A stretch of DNA of 45,537 bases from a candidate division WOR-3 bacterium (GCA_026416055.1 JAOAFX010000006.1:1-45537), one strand, 5' to 3'. Numbered from the stretch's first letter, positions 9,281 to 18,924 are shown. Numbers and translations: made by a program. Notes: a model not told the origin generated them from the sequence alone.

Positions 9281-10179
9281 AAATTTTTTTGAATCTTTTT
9301 ACTACCGACCCGGTGCGAAAAATCTTCGCGCTGGGTCTAGCATTCGGTCTGTGGCTTTTTGTCGCCATAGATGGTACTTACAATTACGGGCGTGAAATTT
9401 CTGTAAATTATGTCAACCTTCCAGAACACTATGTGCTGGTGGACTCCGTTGCCCGGCTGAGTGTAGTTTTTACCGGCAAAGGCAAAAATCTCATAGGGCT
9501 CTGGGCGTCTCCACCACGGGCGTTGTGTAATCTCAGCGAGGTAGTGCCTGGACGGAATGTTTTCTCTACCCGGGATTTGATAATACCAGTGAAGGATGTT
9601 TCAATAAATTTTGAAGCAAAGTTTATAACTGTTACAGTCGACGAGAGGGTAACGAAGTATATCAGACCCGTGATTCCAGTTGAAGGTAATCCGAAGAACG
9701 GCTATGCAATTCTGGCGATAGAAATTATTGATACCGTAAAGATAGATGGACCAAAGGAAATTTTGCGGGGTCTCAAAGAAATTACTACAGAATCATTGAG
9801 TGTCTCTAATCGTTCTGCATCTTTTGAGAAGAATTTAAAGATAAAAATCCTGAGCGAATTGATAAAAGTCTTTCCGGAAAATATCCGGGTAAAGGTGATT
9901 ATTGATTCGGTTGCCAAAGCTACTTTCACTGGAATTCCGCTGAATATTTTAAAAAATACCAATCAAAGGATAAGGATGGCCCATGCCCATATTGATACGC
10001 TTATCGTTTCAGGCGCAGCAGGGCGGATTCAAAAATTAACCAGAGATGAAATCGATGCTGTGATAAAAGTTTCTGACCTCGTGCCCGGTGAGTATCTGCT
10101 TTCACCAGAAATAATCCTTCCTGATTTCATCAATCTTAATGAAATAAAACCCCAACAGATCCGCGTCACTGTCTATTAG
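9265..10179 (+). CDS. CdaR/YbbR-like membrane-anchored protein
   Basis: KIFALGLAFGLWLFV anchor, repeated YbbR-like beta modules (VEGNPKNGY, VKIDGPKE, PQQIRVTV). Confidence 0.75.
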   Translation: MQKFLKIFLNLFTTDPVRKIFALGLAFGLWLFVAIDGTYNYGREISVNYVNLPEHYVLVDSVARLSVVFTGKGKNLIGLWASPPRALCNLSEVVPGRNVFSTRDLIIPVKDVSINFEAKFITVTVDERVTKYIRPVIPVEGNPKNGYAILAIEIIDTVKIDGPKEILRGLKEITTESLSVSNRSASFEKNLKIKILSELIKVFPENIRVKVIIDSVAKATFTGIPLNILKNTNQRIRMAHAHIDTLIVSGAAGRIQKLTRDEIDAVIKVSDLVPGEYLLSPEIILPDFINLNEIKPQQIRVTVY

Positions 10180-11976
10180 TTATATCAGCAAAAGTATTAT
10201 TTCTATAATCAGGGCAAACAACGCCATAATTAAAAATATGTTTGTAAGGTCGGTTGTCCTGCCCTGGGTTTCAAAATCTATTAATTTTATACCCATTTCT
10301 TTAGCCATTTTTGGTGTTATCGGAGCAAGATTACTCTCCACCGGTTCAACATTCACACCAATAGTATCATTTCCAATATTATAAAATCCGGGCTTCTGGG
10401 GTATAACCGATTTATCCCCGGCAATAAGATAAGAATTCCTTTCGAGTTCATCAACTCTGTACTCCCGGTCGATATCATCATTTATCAGGCCATAAATACA
10501 GGAATGGAGAATGGGTATGAAATTGGGATTATAGATAATGTCGGTGTTGCTCTCTTTAAATGTCGTGGCAAAGACCATAATGTTATTACGAGTGATCAAG
10601 AATGGAAGATTATTATCAAGACTTATGAGCACACGTGACTTAGGCTTCATTTTCCATAATCTGAATACCTTTATCCCTTTCCATCCAGTTATGGTAGCCA
10701 ATTGCGAAAATGGTGGAAAATCGCCATCAATCCATTTGATACTTGTATAACCTTCAAGGTCCAGCCAGTCTTCTATTTCAACTTCCTCAGCAAGCAGGCT
10801 CTTTAATCCTGGTCCGAGCGTCGTTTCCGGAAATACAATCAATCCGGTCCCTTGTCGGGAAAGAAAATTCTGTAATTTCAAAAACTCAAAATCGGTTATC
10901 TCCTCCACGCCATTGAGGATTACGATATGGTATTCTGAAAGATTAGAATTTTTTATACTTGTGGTGAGATCAATGCCCAGAGGCATCCTAACCCTTTCCG
11001 ATGGTGCGAGTGCTTTTTTGATATACCTGGCATCCCCTACGATCAAAATCTTTATTGCTCCAGGCAGGGATTTTGAAAAGTAATATTCATTATCCCAGGG
11101 GAGACTATCCGGATTGACCCTGATAATACCTCTACGGATATACACAGGCAATGTAAAGAAAGCGATCGCATCTCCGTGAGCAGGTATTGCCAATTCTTGT
11201 TCCTGGTAGTGATCACGCGCCTCAAGTTCAATTTTGCCTGTGAAAGGCCTTGCACTGTAATTTTTCAGTTTCGTTTTGAGTGTATAACCACCCTGAATGA
11301 TGCCGGGATATTCCTTCAATGATACATTTTCAATCGCCACATTGCTACCTGTGGGAATGGGTATCCAGTAAAAGTCATTCACAATTGTAAGGTCTTTAAA
11401 ATTTATCTTCTGTCCATCACCGATGTAAACAAATTCTTTAGGTAGCGATGTCTTCTCTTTTAGGAATTTATCGTAAATCGGTTTCAATGAACCGGATTTA
11501 AAAGTCAACCTTATATCTTTGAGTTTATGGTACGCAGTTTTCTGGTTGACCCATAATGGTTTATAATCTTCTGATAAACAGAGTGGTGTTATATAAAAAA
11601 GGCTTTTTGGAGAGTAGCTGGCTATTAACTTTTCTGCTTTTTTCAGGGCATCGGCGAAATTCAGGCCATAATGCATGCTGAAGGAATTGTCAATCACAAG
11701 GTATATTGATGCAAGTCTATTTCCGGAGAATAGTCTTCCCTGGTATTGAGGTCGTGCCAGTGCAAGGAAGATTGAAGCAATCAGAATACAACGGACGATT
11801 AGAATTATTATCTCTTTCAAGCGCAGCCATCTCAATCTATGGGCTTCTACATTTTTCAAGAATGAAAGTGATGAAAAATATATTTTTTTTAAGTCTTTTT
11901 TGAAGAGAAGATGGATGATTATCGGAGCAGCAATCAGTGAGATACCCCACAGATAAACGGGATTGAGGAATTTCAT
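10180..11976 (-). CDS. BatA-domain / vWA membrane protein
   Basis: N-terminal MKFLNP..PIIIHL..FSSL.FL..LALARP (BatA), DNSFSM MIDAS-like motif, C-terminal TM. Confidence 0.85.
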   Translation of the reverse strand: MKFLNPVYLWGISLIAAPIIIHLLFKKDLKKIYFSSLSFLKNVEAHRLRWLRLKEIIILIVRCILIASIFLALARPQYQGRLFSGNRLASIYLVIDNSFSMHYGLNFADALKKAEKLIASYSPKSLFYITPLCLSEDYKPLWVNQKTAYHKLKDIRLTFKSGSLKPIYDKFLKEKTSLPKEFVYIGDGQKINFKDLTIVNDFYWIPIPTGSNVAIENVSLKEYPGIIQGGYTLKTKLKNYSARPFTGKIELEARDHYQEQELAIPAHGDAIAFFTLPVYIRRGIIRVNPDSLPWDNEYYFSKSLPGAIKILIVGDARYIKKALAPSERVRMPLGIDLTTSIKNSNLSEYHIVILNGVEEITDFEFLKLQNFLSRQGTGLIVFPETTLGPGLKSLLAEEVEIEDWLDLEGYTSIKWIDGDFPPFSQLATITGWKGIKVFRLWKMKPKSRVLISLDNNLPFLITRNNIMVFATTFKESNTDIIYNPNFIPILHSCIYGLINDDIDREYRVDELERNSYLIAGDKSVIPQKPGFYNIGNDTIGVNVEPVESNLAPITPKMAKEMGIKLIDFETQGRTTDLTNIFLIMALFALIIEIILLLI

Positions 11977-12863
11977 AAAAGTCTCTGCCTTTTCTGAAGA
12001 AAGAAGAATAAAGCACGGTCATAATCTTCCGAGGTATTTATCAACTCATAATCAATGTGTGCTTCCAGCATTTTCTGTTGATAGTAATTCAAAAATTCTC
12101 TAAACTTTTTCTGGTAAGAATTTCTGATTGCCCGTGGTTCCACTATGAGCTGGTCATTATTCTCCATATCCTGGAATAACGCTGCTTCCACAAAAGGGAA
12201 TGTATATTCATCCGGGTCAATAATCTGGAAGACAATCATTTCGTGCTTCTTTGCCCTGAAGGATTTCAATGACCTCACAACCCTGAGTGGATCATCAAAT
12301 AGATCAGAAAGAAGAATAACCAGCGCCCGTCTCTTTATTTTCTGTCCTAATTCAAATAAAACCCGACCAAGTTCTGTTTCATTACCGGTTCTTACCTCTT
12401 CAATCACTTCGAGGATTCTTGTAAAGTTGTACTTCTTTGCTGAAGGCGGTATAAATTGTCTGATGCCGGTATCGAATGTCATTATACCAACACCATCCCT
12501 TTGTTTGAACAAAAGATAGGCAAGGCAGGCAGCGAGAAATTTTGCATATTCAAGTTTTGTTATCTTTCGGCCATAACCCATTGACCCGCTTTTATCAAGC
12601 AAGATGTACGCCCGGAGGTTTGTTTCTTCCTGATATTCTTTTACATAAAAACGATCATGTCGGCCATAAACTTTCCAGTCAATTAGCTTGATCTCATCGC
12701 CCGGGATATAGGGACGATAGTCTGTAAATTCCTGAGAAAAACCTTTATAAGGACTGTGGTGTAAACCGGTTAAAAATCCTTCCACGACCAGTCTTGCCTT
12801 GAGATCCAGGTTTGAAAGTCGCGCCAGGATTTCCGGGTCAAGATATTTTATTTTGCCTTTCAT
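11973..12863 (-). CDS. DUF58 family vWA-like protein (MoxR-associated)
   Basis: GLHHSPYKGFSQEFTDYRPYIPGD..IDWK, VKEYQEE, LDKSGSM, LLSDLFD; likely start MKGKIKYLDP at 12863, not 13004. Confidence 0.9.
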   Translation of the reverse strand: MKGKIKYLDPEILARLSNLDLKARLVVEGFLTGLHHSPYKGFSQEFTDYRPYIPGDEIKLIDWKVYGRHDRFYVKEYQEETNLRAYILLDKSGSMGYGRKITKLEYAKFLAACLAYLLFKQRDGVGIMTFDTGIRQFIPPSAKKYNFTRILEVIEEVRTGNETELGRVLFELGQKIKRRALVILLSDLFDDPLRVVRSLKSFRAKKHEMIVFQIIDPDEYTFPFVEAALFQDMENNDQLIVEPRAIRNSYQKKFREFLNYYQQKMLEAHIDYELINTSEDYDRALFFFLQKRQRLL

Positions 12864-13770
12864 TATAAAAGTATTCGTAAGTGAGTCTAATCCCCTCCAC
12901 CAACGGAACCCGGGGTTTCCAGTTGAGATACTTTTCTGCCTTTGAAAAATCAAGGACATTTTTAAATACTTCACCAGGAATCGGTGCCCGGTGTTGATGT
13001 TCAATCGGCTGATTCAATATTTTGCCTAAAATTTCAAGTAAATCGTTAACACTCGTCTCAACGCCAGTCCCGATATTAAAACAATCGGAATGCGAATCCA
13101 GGGCAAGGAGATTTGCCCTTACTACATCACCAACATAAACATAATCCCTTATCTGGTTGCCATCACCATTTATGAAACATATTTTGTTTTCAAGTATATT
13201 ATTAATAAATATTGAAATGACCCCTGCTTCACTCTTTGAAATTTGCCTCGGGCCATACACATTGCTATAGCGAAGGATGACATAATCAAAGCTGTATAAC
13301 CGGGCAAAGACATTTACATAATTCTCTACAGTCAGTTTTGCTACACCATAAGGTGATAGTGGTTCTGGTTTAAAGTCCTCAGTTATCGGGAATACTTTGG
13401 GTTCGCCATATATTGCTCCACCACTTGAGGCAAAAATAAATCTTTTCACTTTATATTTTGCAGAAAGTCTAAGGAGATTTAAAGAACCGATGATATTGAC
13501 ATTTGCATCAAGGATTGGGTCTTCCAGTGAATAACGGACGTTTATCTGTGCGGCATGGTGATTGACAACATCAAATTTGAACTCTTTAAAAATATCTTCA
13601 ATCTCTGGACCGGTTATGTCCTGTTTTATAAATATTGCATTTGTATTAACATTTTTGATATCACCGGTCGAGAGATTGTCAATTATTACCACGGTATGAC
13701 CTTCTTTAATATAGGCGTCGGCAATATGCGAGCCGATGAACCCCGCGCCACCGGTGACGAGTATTTTCAT
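12838..13770 (-). CDS. NAD-dependent epimerase/dehydratase (UDP-glucose 4-epimerase-like)
   Basis: ILVTGGAGFIGSH, HHAAQ, SSGGAIYG, YGVAK (YxxxK), RYSNVYGPRQ, RDYVYV. Confidence 0.9.
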   Translation of the reverse strand: MKILVTGGAGFIGSHIADAYIKEGHTVVIIDNLSTGDIKNVNTNAIFIKQDITGPEIEDIFKEFKFDVVNHHAAQINVRYSLEDPILDANVNIIGSLNLLRLSAKYKVKRFIFASSGGAIYGEPKVFPITEDFKPEPLSPYGVAKLTVENYVNVFARLYSFDYVILRYSNVYGPRQISKSEAGVISIFINNILENKICFINGDGNQIRDYVYVGDVVRANLLALDSHSDCFNIGTGVETSVNDLLEILGKILNQPIEHQHRAPIPGEVFKNVLDFSKAEKYLNWKPRVPLVEGIRLTYEYFYNERQNKIS

Positions 13771-13775
13771 GAATT

Positions 13776-13804
13776 ATTATACTTAGCAGTGGAATTCAAG
13801 TCAA
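13776..13804 (-). promoter_or_regulatory. Promoter of the epimerase gene, leaderless geometry
   Basis: Minus strand TTGACT, 17 bp, TATAAT, 5 nt, ATG; no SD. Confidence 0.7.
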
Positions 13805-13842
13805 TAAGAATCCACAAAGATTGATGATTTGGCATTTAAAAA

Positions 13843-15132
13843 CTATTTCAATAGAAGGATAAGCAAAAGTAAAATGGCGATACTCCCGAGAATAATACTC
13901 ATAATAAGAATGAATTTATTCATTTTTTTTATCTGGGCATCTTGATTTAGAAAGTATTTTAATAGACTTTCATTTATGGTCTGAATGCCAATCTTGGTCT
14001 CGCCGCTAACTTTTAACAGCGAGGCACTCATCTGGCAATTCTCTTCAACTTTGTTACAAATATTCTGACTCATTCTCTCATAACAAAAGGTGAGACCACG
14101 AAGGTCTTCAAGCATCCGGTTTATTGAAGATCCAATCTGCCCACCAATATCATTCAAACTTCCTGAAATTCTCTCAACGATGGCTCTCTGACTTTCATTC
14201 ATACCGCTTACTGCATTCCTGAGGTTGTTAAGAATTTTTACAAGTTCATCCACATTAGCTCTGGTTCCTTCCCGCAATTCACCAATCGTTTTTTTTAGAT
14301 TTTCTAAATCGGTATTTAAAGTTTTATGCAAAAGGTTGATTGCTTCCTTCTGTTGCTGGGAGAAAAGGGTTAAAGACTTATCAATTGCCACCACCACTTC
14401 ATCCATTCTCATTGCCCGTCGTAATTCACCAGCAACCCTTTCGATTTCTTCTGTTAATCTCTCCAGACGATTCAGTGAATCAACATCAATCAATTTCGCG
14501 CCGGACGAAAGAGAAACTGTATCTTTAAAATCCTCCTGCGCCGTAACCGGCTGCAATTCAAGTTCCACAATACTCGATTCAGGAATTCCTTCCTCATTAG
14601 ATACTTCCCCTTCTGGTTTCGCCTCTTCCTTTTTCTTTTCACCTGTCTTATCATAAATCGCAGCCATTTTACTGGCCACGCTTGCATCACTCAATTTGAG
14701 CTTTTTTAAAAGTTCCATTGCCCTTGCCACTTCTTTTTTATTCCCTGCAGCCATCTGTCTTTCTATATAAGAGAAAAGATACATTGCCGCATCGCCTTTT
14801 TCATCAAGATCAATTAGCAATTCAGCAATCGTAAAATTTATCTCAGTATTACTCGGGTCATACCGCAGGATTTTTTTACAAAGGGCAAGTGCATTCCTTA
14901 AATAATTTTCGGTTTTAAATGCCCGGATACCGTTCTGAAATGCATTAATTGCATCCTTTGTGCGATTCAATTTCAGATACAGATCACCGAGCCTGTTGTA
15001 AAGATTGCCATCACCGGGATTTAATCTTACTGCCTTCTCAAGGAGATTTATCGCCTCTTTATACTTTCCCTGAAGTTCAAGGTTTATGCTATTTTTCAAT
15101 AGTTCTTTTATTTCTTCCTGTCTTTTTTCCAT
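13843..15132 (-). CDS. TPR protein with long coiled coil and C-terminal TM anchor
   Basis: N-terminal TPRs (AINLLEKAVRLNP, ALALCKKILRYDP), acidic linker, heptad-rich helix, terminal FILIMSIILGSIAILLLLILLLK. Confidence 0.75.
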   Translation of the reverse strand: MEKRQEEIKELLKNSINLELQGKYKEAINLLEKAVRLNPGDGNLYNRLGDLYLKLNRTKDAINAFQNGIRAFKTENYLRNALALCKKILRYDPSNTEINFTIAELLIDLDEKGDAAMYLFSYIERQMAAGNKKEVARAMELLKKLKLSDASVASKMAAIYDKTGEKKKEEAKPEGEVSNEEGIPESSIVELELQPVTAQEDFKDTVSLSSGAKLIDVDSLNRLERLTEEIERVAGELRRAMRMDEVVVAIDKSLTLFSQQQKEAINLLHKTLNTDLENLKKTIGELREGTRANVDELVKILNNLRNAVSGMNESQRAIVERISGSLNDIGGQIGSSINRMLEDLRGLTFCYERMSQNICNKVEENCQMSASLLKVSGETKIGIQTINESLLKYFLNQDAQIKKMNKFILIMSIILGSIAILLLLILLLK

Positions 15133-15150
15133 GGCATTGTTATCTATTAT

Positions 15151-15184
15151 AAAAAGCAGAGCCTGGTTGTCCAGGCTCTGCTTT
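15151..15184 (-). terminator. Rho-independent terminator of the cold-shock gene
   Basis: 14-bp perfect inverted repeat AAAGCAGAGCCTGG / CCAGGCTCTGCTTT, 4-nt loop, ending in TTTTT on the minus strand. Confidence 0.85.
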
Positions 15185-15200
15185 GGATTCTATGAATCCA

Positions 15201-15413
15201 TTATTCGTTTCTTGCGCGTTCGACTTTAATTGCCTTGTCTCCTTTCGGAGTCTGGGTTATTTCAAACTTAACTCGTTCGCCTTCTCTAAGGACCCGATAA
15301 CCTTCGCCCACTATATCCTGATAATGGACAAATACATCACCGGTTCCGTCTTCTTTCTCAATGAAACCATAACCCTTCTTACCGTCGAACCATTTCACTT
15401 TTCCGTAGACCAA
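15201..15413 (-). CDS. Cold-shock protein (CspA family)
   Basis: GKVKWF, KGYGFI (RNP1), DVFVHY (RNP2); TTG start with SD AGGAGG. Confidence 0.95.
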   Translation of the reverse strand: MVYGKVKWFDGKKGYGFIEKEDGTGDVFVHYQDIVGEGYRVLREGERVKFEITQTPKGDKAIKVERARNE

Positions 15414-15481
15414 ATTTCCTCCTTTCAGCCTTTATCGCCCTGAAGTTCATAAGGGCAACCTCTACGGTCAAAGCTAAGTAT

Positions 15482-15509
15482 ATTATACCCAGAATTGAGC
15501 AATTGTCAA
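15482..15509 (-). promoter_or_regulatory. Promoter of the cold-shock gene
   Basis: Minus strand TTGACA, 16 bp, TATAAT (both hexamers perfect). Confidence 0.85.
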
Positions 15510-15590
15510 TAAGCTGATGCAAACGTAACAGGAATTTGTTATCAATATATGCCCCCTTAGTTAATTAAAGAATCAATCATCAAGTTCAAA

Positions 15591-15658
15591 TGTAGGGCAA
15601 GTTTTAAGTCCTGCAAACCCAAGCCCAACGTAAGGTAAGGCTTTAGCCTTGCCTTACA
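15591..15658. repeat. REP-like hairpin cluster
   Basis: TGTAGGGCAAGTTTTAAGTCCTGC (15591-15614, degenerate) and GTAAGGTAAGGCTTTAGCCTTGCCTTAC (15630-15657). Confidence 0.75.
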
Positions 15659-15840
15659 GCTCCGGGTGAACAATCTCAAACAAATCTTGAAAGATACGCA
15701 TAGAAAAAGTACGAATAATTTTTTAAAAATCGGTAATAGAATGTTGACGATTATTTTCAGAGAATGGTAAGTAAGAGATACCGAGATATTGAAAAATGTT
15801 TCAGAGCAAGCAAAGAGAATTGATGATATAGAGATCATGG

Positions 15841-15869
15841 GGAGTAAATACTTTGTCCGTATTTACTCC
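15841..15869 (-). terminator. Hairpin over the stop codon of the 978-aa gene (no U-tract)
   Basis: 11-bp perfect inverted repeat GGAGTAAATAC / GTATTTACTCC, 7-nt loop. Confidence 0.45.
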
Positions 15870-18799
15870 AGAAGAATCATTTTGTGTGTAGCGACCATAT
15901 TTTCAGACTCGAGTCTTAGGAAATATACTCCAGGTGCTACCTTTCTGTGATTTTCATCTTTGCAATCCCAGTAAACGGTCTTTGTCCCTGCAGGTTCACA
16001 TGGACGATTGACAAGGGTACGGACACTCCTTCCTGTAGCATCATGAACCTTGAGGATAACACTGCCTGACTTTGTTGTCGTGTATGTAATGGCGGTATAG
16101 TCTTTTATGGGATTTTGCATACCCGGATTGAAACCAAACCTGAAGCGAGTAACTGGTATCCAGGGTTTTTCCTGAACACCAGGAATGTGTCCGGTGTGGA
16201 ATACTTCGTGATCCGGGATATTTGTAATACCATAATAACCGCTTGCAATGAACACCCCAACATCTCCAGTGGCAGTTCGGGTAACGACGATTGGTGATAC
16301 ATTTCCCACGGGGTGTGGTTTGGGTTTATTCCAGTTAGTCCAGGTATTCGTATATGGATTGTATGACCAGGTTTCATCACTCGTTCCTCCACTGATTTGA
16401 CCACAAACAATCCAAAGTTCTTTATTTACAATATCAATACCGCTTGGTACGCGATAACGGCCAGCCATTCCTGGAATAGTTGCTGGTGGATTCCAAGTGA
16501 TCTGGGCACAGTTATTAGGGTTTATTCTACCCACGATATAGTCATTCCTGTAAAATAAACTGCCATCATAGCCGCAGGCAACGATTGCGAAGGTATCGAT
16601 AATGCCGCCCGCTGCACAACCCCTGCCGACACCAGGGAATCCTGTAGCCTGAGTCCAGGAATTTAAGTAGGTATCATAAAAATAGACACGATTATGTGGA
16701 GCAACAGTTCCACCCCAGTTACCACCACCAAAAGTAAATATTAAAGAATCTTTGTAGACACCCGAGACCATGTCCATATTTGCAATTGGACAATTTGCAC
16801 CATTTGACCATTGATTAGAAATTGGATTGTATATATCGACCCGCGCGAGTGGAACAGGCCAGGCATCTGTTCCTCCAATCCTGTAGTATTTACCATTAAC
16901 ACCCTGAGCAGTTCCATAGGCACCACAACCATATGGATTATTTGGTCCAGCGATCCAGACTCCGGTACTAATATCATAAATCCAGGTTTGATTTGTATAA
17001 CCAGCGGTTGTGTTTACACCAAATACCATATATTTACCGTCATGGAGTGTTGCCATTGAATGCCCTGAGCTCGGGGAAGGAAATTGGGCAGAAAGAACCT
17101 CCCAGTATGTGGGATTGACTATACCGACTTTGGTAACTGTATCATTCGCTGGATTGAGATCGCCAGACAGTGTGGTAAATGCACGGAACAGATAACGCAC
17201 ACCAGTTGTACCACAGCTTCTCCAGTTACTGAATGTGATTACTGTATCATCACCACCATTGAGCCCAATATTGTAGGTTTGATTGTAGATGATAATTCCA
17301 GAAGAGTCAATCTGGAAAAAAACGTTAAACGTCTCATGCCTGTTGCCGAAATTTTTAAATCTTGCCTCAGGGTTATATGTGGTATTCGGGAGAACATTTG
17401 CAGGTGGCTGATTGATACTAATCGCTCCAACATCCAGGGCAGGTACATAAAGTTCACCATTTATTGTGACATTATCGATCGCACCATACCACTGCCAGTC
17501 TCCACCATCATCATAATAGAAATAAATCTGGAGTCTTGGATAAATCTTATAGGGACTGACATCGGCTGAATCCCATCTACCAAAAATGTCATAGTTATAA
17601 ACCTTTAATGGAACAATTCGCCAGACTGTATCTTCAAGATATTTTATACCGACTTCTAAATATTCTGAACCACTGCAGAAATTGTATGCTATACTCCATT
17701 TTAACCAGTTGGTAGTGGTATGAGGAACAATAAGCGGAGATTGTGCGGTATCACGCAGCGGTGGTGCACCACTTCCAGCAGCATCATCATCAAACCACAA
17801 ACAATAATTCTGGGCATTGGGTGGCATCCAGCCTGGGTGGAGATTTGACACAGCAATACCCCAGGCATTCGGAAAAGCGTAAGGACTGGTATGTTGCCAT
17901 CCCTGCCAGCCGGACTCAAATGTCCACCTGATTGTATCATTGAGAGTAATCCTGACATCATAAACCCAGATTTTATCCGGTCCTGACTGATCAAGAATGT
18001 AGACATACCGTCCATCAAAAGCACAATCAGCTTCATTCCCCTGGGTTTGACCTGAATCGCAAATCCATATCGACTCTGGCGTAACCACCGGCACACCATA
18101 TGAGAGACGATATTGATAAAAATACGCTGGAGTATTTGCTTCAACCTGGAATATCCATTTTGGTGGCATTGTTGCACTATAAGCGCCACTTACTCCACTG
18201 GGATATCTGGGGACCATCCAGGTTCTCCAGGCACCATTCTGAGAAGGAAGTGCATATCCAACCACACTTGCCTCTATATCAGTACCATACACACCATCAT
18301 TAACAATATTAAAATCAAGCCCTTGAAGTTTACAGGGTAAAGTCCTGTAGACCGAACCAGTCCCTGAGTTCATGTCGATGCGGTAAATTGTATAATCATT
18401 TCCTGCCATAAACATTATATTATTACCACCATAGCCGATGCCGAGCCTGTATGGAGGTAGTCCTGAAACTAATGTAACTGAATCAATCTTGGTACAGGGC
18501 GAACGTTTTTCAATTGCATACATCTTATTAAAAGCACTGCTCCACTGGGTAACCCAGAGTGCATCACGTTCCCAGTCATAGGCAAGACCCCAGCAATACC
18601 CATAAGGATTTATTGGACTCAAATCAATCGTATCAACAAGGACTGGATTTCCAGTACGAACATAATGAGAGATGTTATGAGAATTTTTCTGGAGCTTAAA
18701 AACATGCTCCAGCCCATTGCCTGGTGCTTTTAGATCTTCATTTATGCCAAACAGAATGGTGGTGCCCAATGTGATATACCATAGTGATTGTTTCACCAT
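15863..18799 (-). CDS. Large secreted multidomain protein: N-terminal beta-propeller, MAM/adhesin-like and Ig-like modules, Kelch propeller, C-terminal FlgD-Ig/T9SS-type sorting domain
   Basis: Short N-terminal hydrophobic segment; Kelch blades (YMVFG, YYRIGG, IFTFGG, IVACG, WIVCG, FIASG, several followed by YD/YN..W); GDLNPAND Ig motif; C-terminus DATGRSVRTL..WDCKDE..VAPGVYFLRL. Confidence 0.8.
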   Translation of the reverse strand: MVKQSLWYITLGTTILFGINEDLKAPGNGLEHVFKLQKNSHNISHYVRTGNPVLVDTIDLSPINPYGYCWGLAYDWERDALWVTQWSSAFNKMYAIEKRSPCTKIDSVTLVSGLPPYRLGIGYGGNNIMFMAGNDYTIYRIDMNSGTGSVYRTLPCKLQGLDFNIVNDGVYGTDIEASVVGYALPSQNGAWRTWMVPRYPSGVSGAYSATMPPKWIFQVEANTPAYFYQYRLSYGVPVVTPESIWICDSGQTQGNEADCAFDGRYVYILDQSGPDKIWVYDVRITLNDTIRWTFESGWQGWQHTSPYAFPNAWGIAVSNLHPGWMPPNAQNYCLWFDDDAAGSGAPPLRDTAQSPLIVPHTTTNWLKWSIAYNFCSGSEYLEVGIKYLEDTVWRIVPLKVYNYDIFGRWDSADVSPYKIYPRLQIYFYYDDGGDWQWYGAIDNVTINGELYVPALDVGAISINQPPANVLPNTTYNPEARFKNFGNRHETFNVFFQIDSSGIIIYNQTYNIGLNGGDDTVITFSNWRSCGTTGVRYLFRAFTTLSGDLNPANDTVTKVGIVNPTYWEVLSAQFPSPSSGHSMATLHDGKYMVFGVNTTAGYTNQTWIYDISTGVWIAGPNNPYGCGAYGTAQGVNGKYYRIGGTDAWPVPLARVDIYNPISNQWSNGANCPIANMDMVSGVYKDSLIFTFGGGNWGGTVAPHNRVYFYDTYLNSWTQATGFPGVGRGCAAGGIIDTFAIVACGYDGSLFYRNDYIVGRINPNNCAQITWNPPATIPGMAGRYRVPSGIDIVNKELWIVCGQISGGTSDETWSYNPYTNTWTNWNKPKPHPVGNVSPIVVTRTATGDVGVFIASGYYGITNIPDHEVFHTGHIPGVQEKPWIPVTRFRFGFNPGMQNPIKDYTAITYTTTKSGSVILKVHDATGRSVRTLVNRPCEPAGTKTVYWDCKDENHRKVAPGVYFLRLESENMVATHKMILLE

Positions 18800-18924
18800 T
18801 TCTCCTTTTTTATTATCACATTACCATAATTCCTTTCTTAGAAAATTTGTATAAAATTTTACAGATAAAGCTTTTTCCTCCTGACATTCTTAATAGGCCT
18901 TGTTCTGGGTGCATAATTTCTTTA

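Noticed and set aside
12864-13004. N-terminal extensions in the ORF track (DUF58 from 13004; likewise 2737, 22058, 25804, 30299, 35301, 38195, 43348)
   Set aside because: They overlap neighbouring genes, promoters or terminators; downstream starts fit SD/promoter positions and family N-termini better
15557-15838. 93-aa minus-strand ORF between csp and the 978-aa gene
   Set aside because: Runs through REP repeats, has no SD and no recognisable motif; probably spurious
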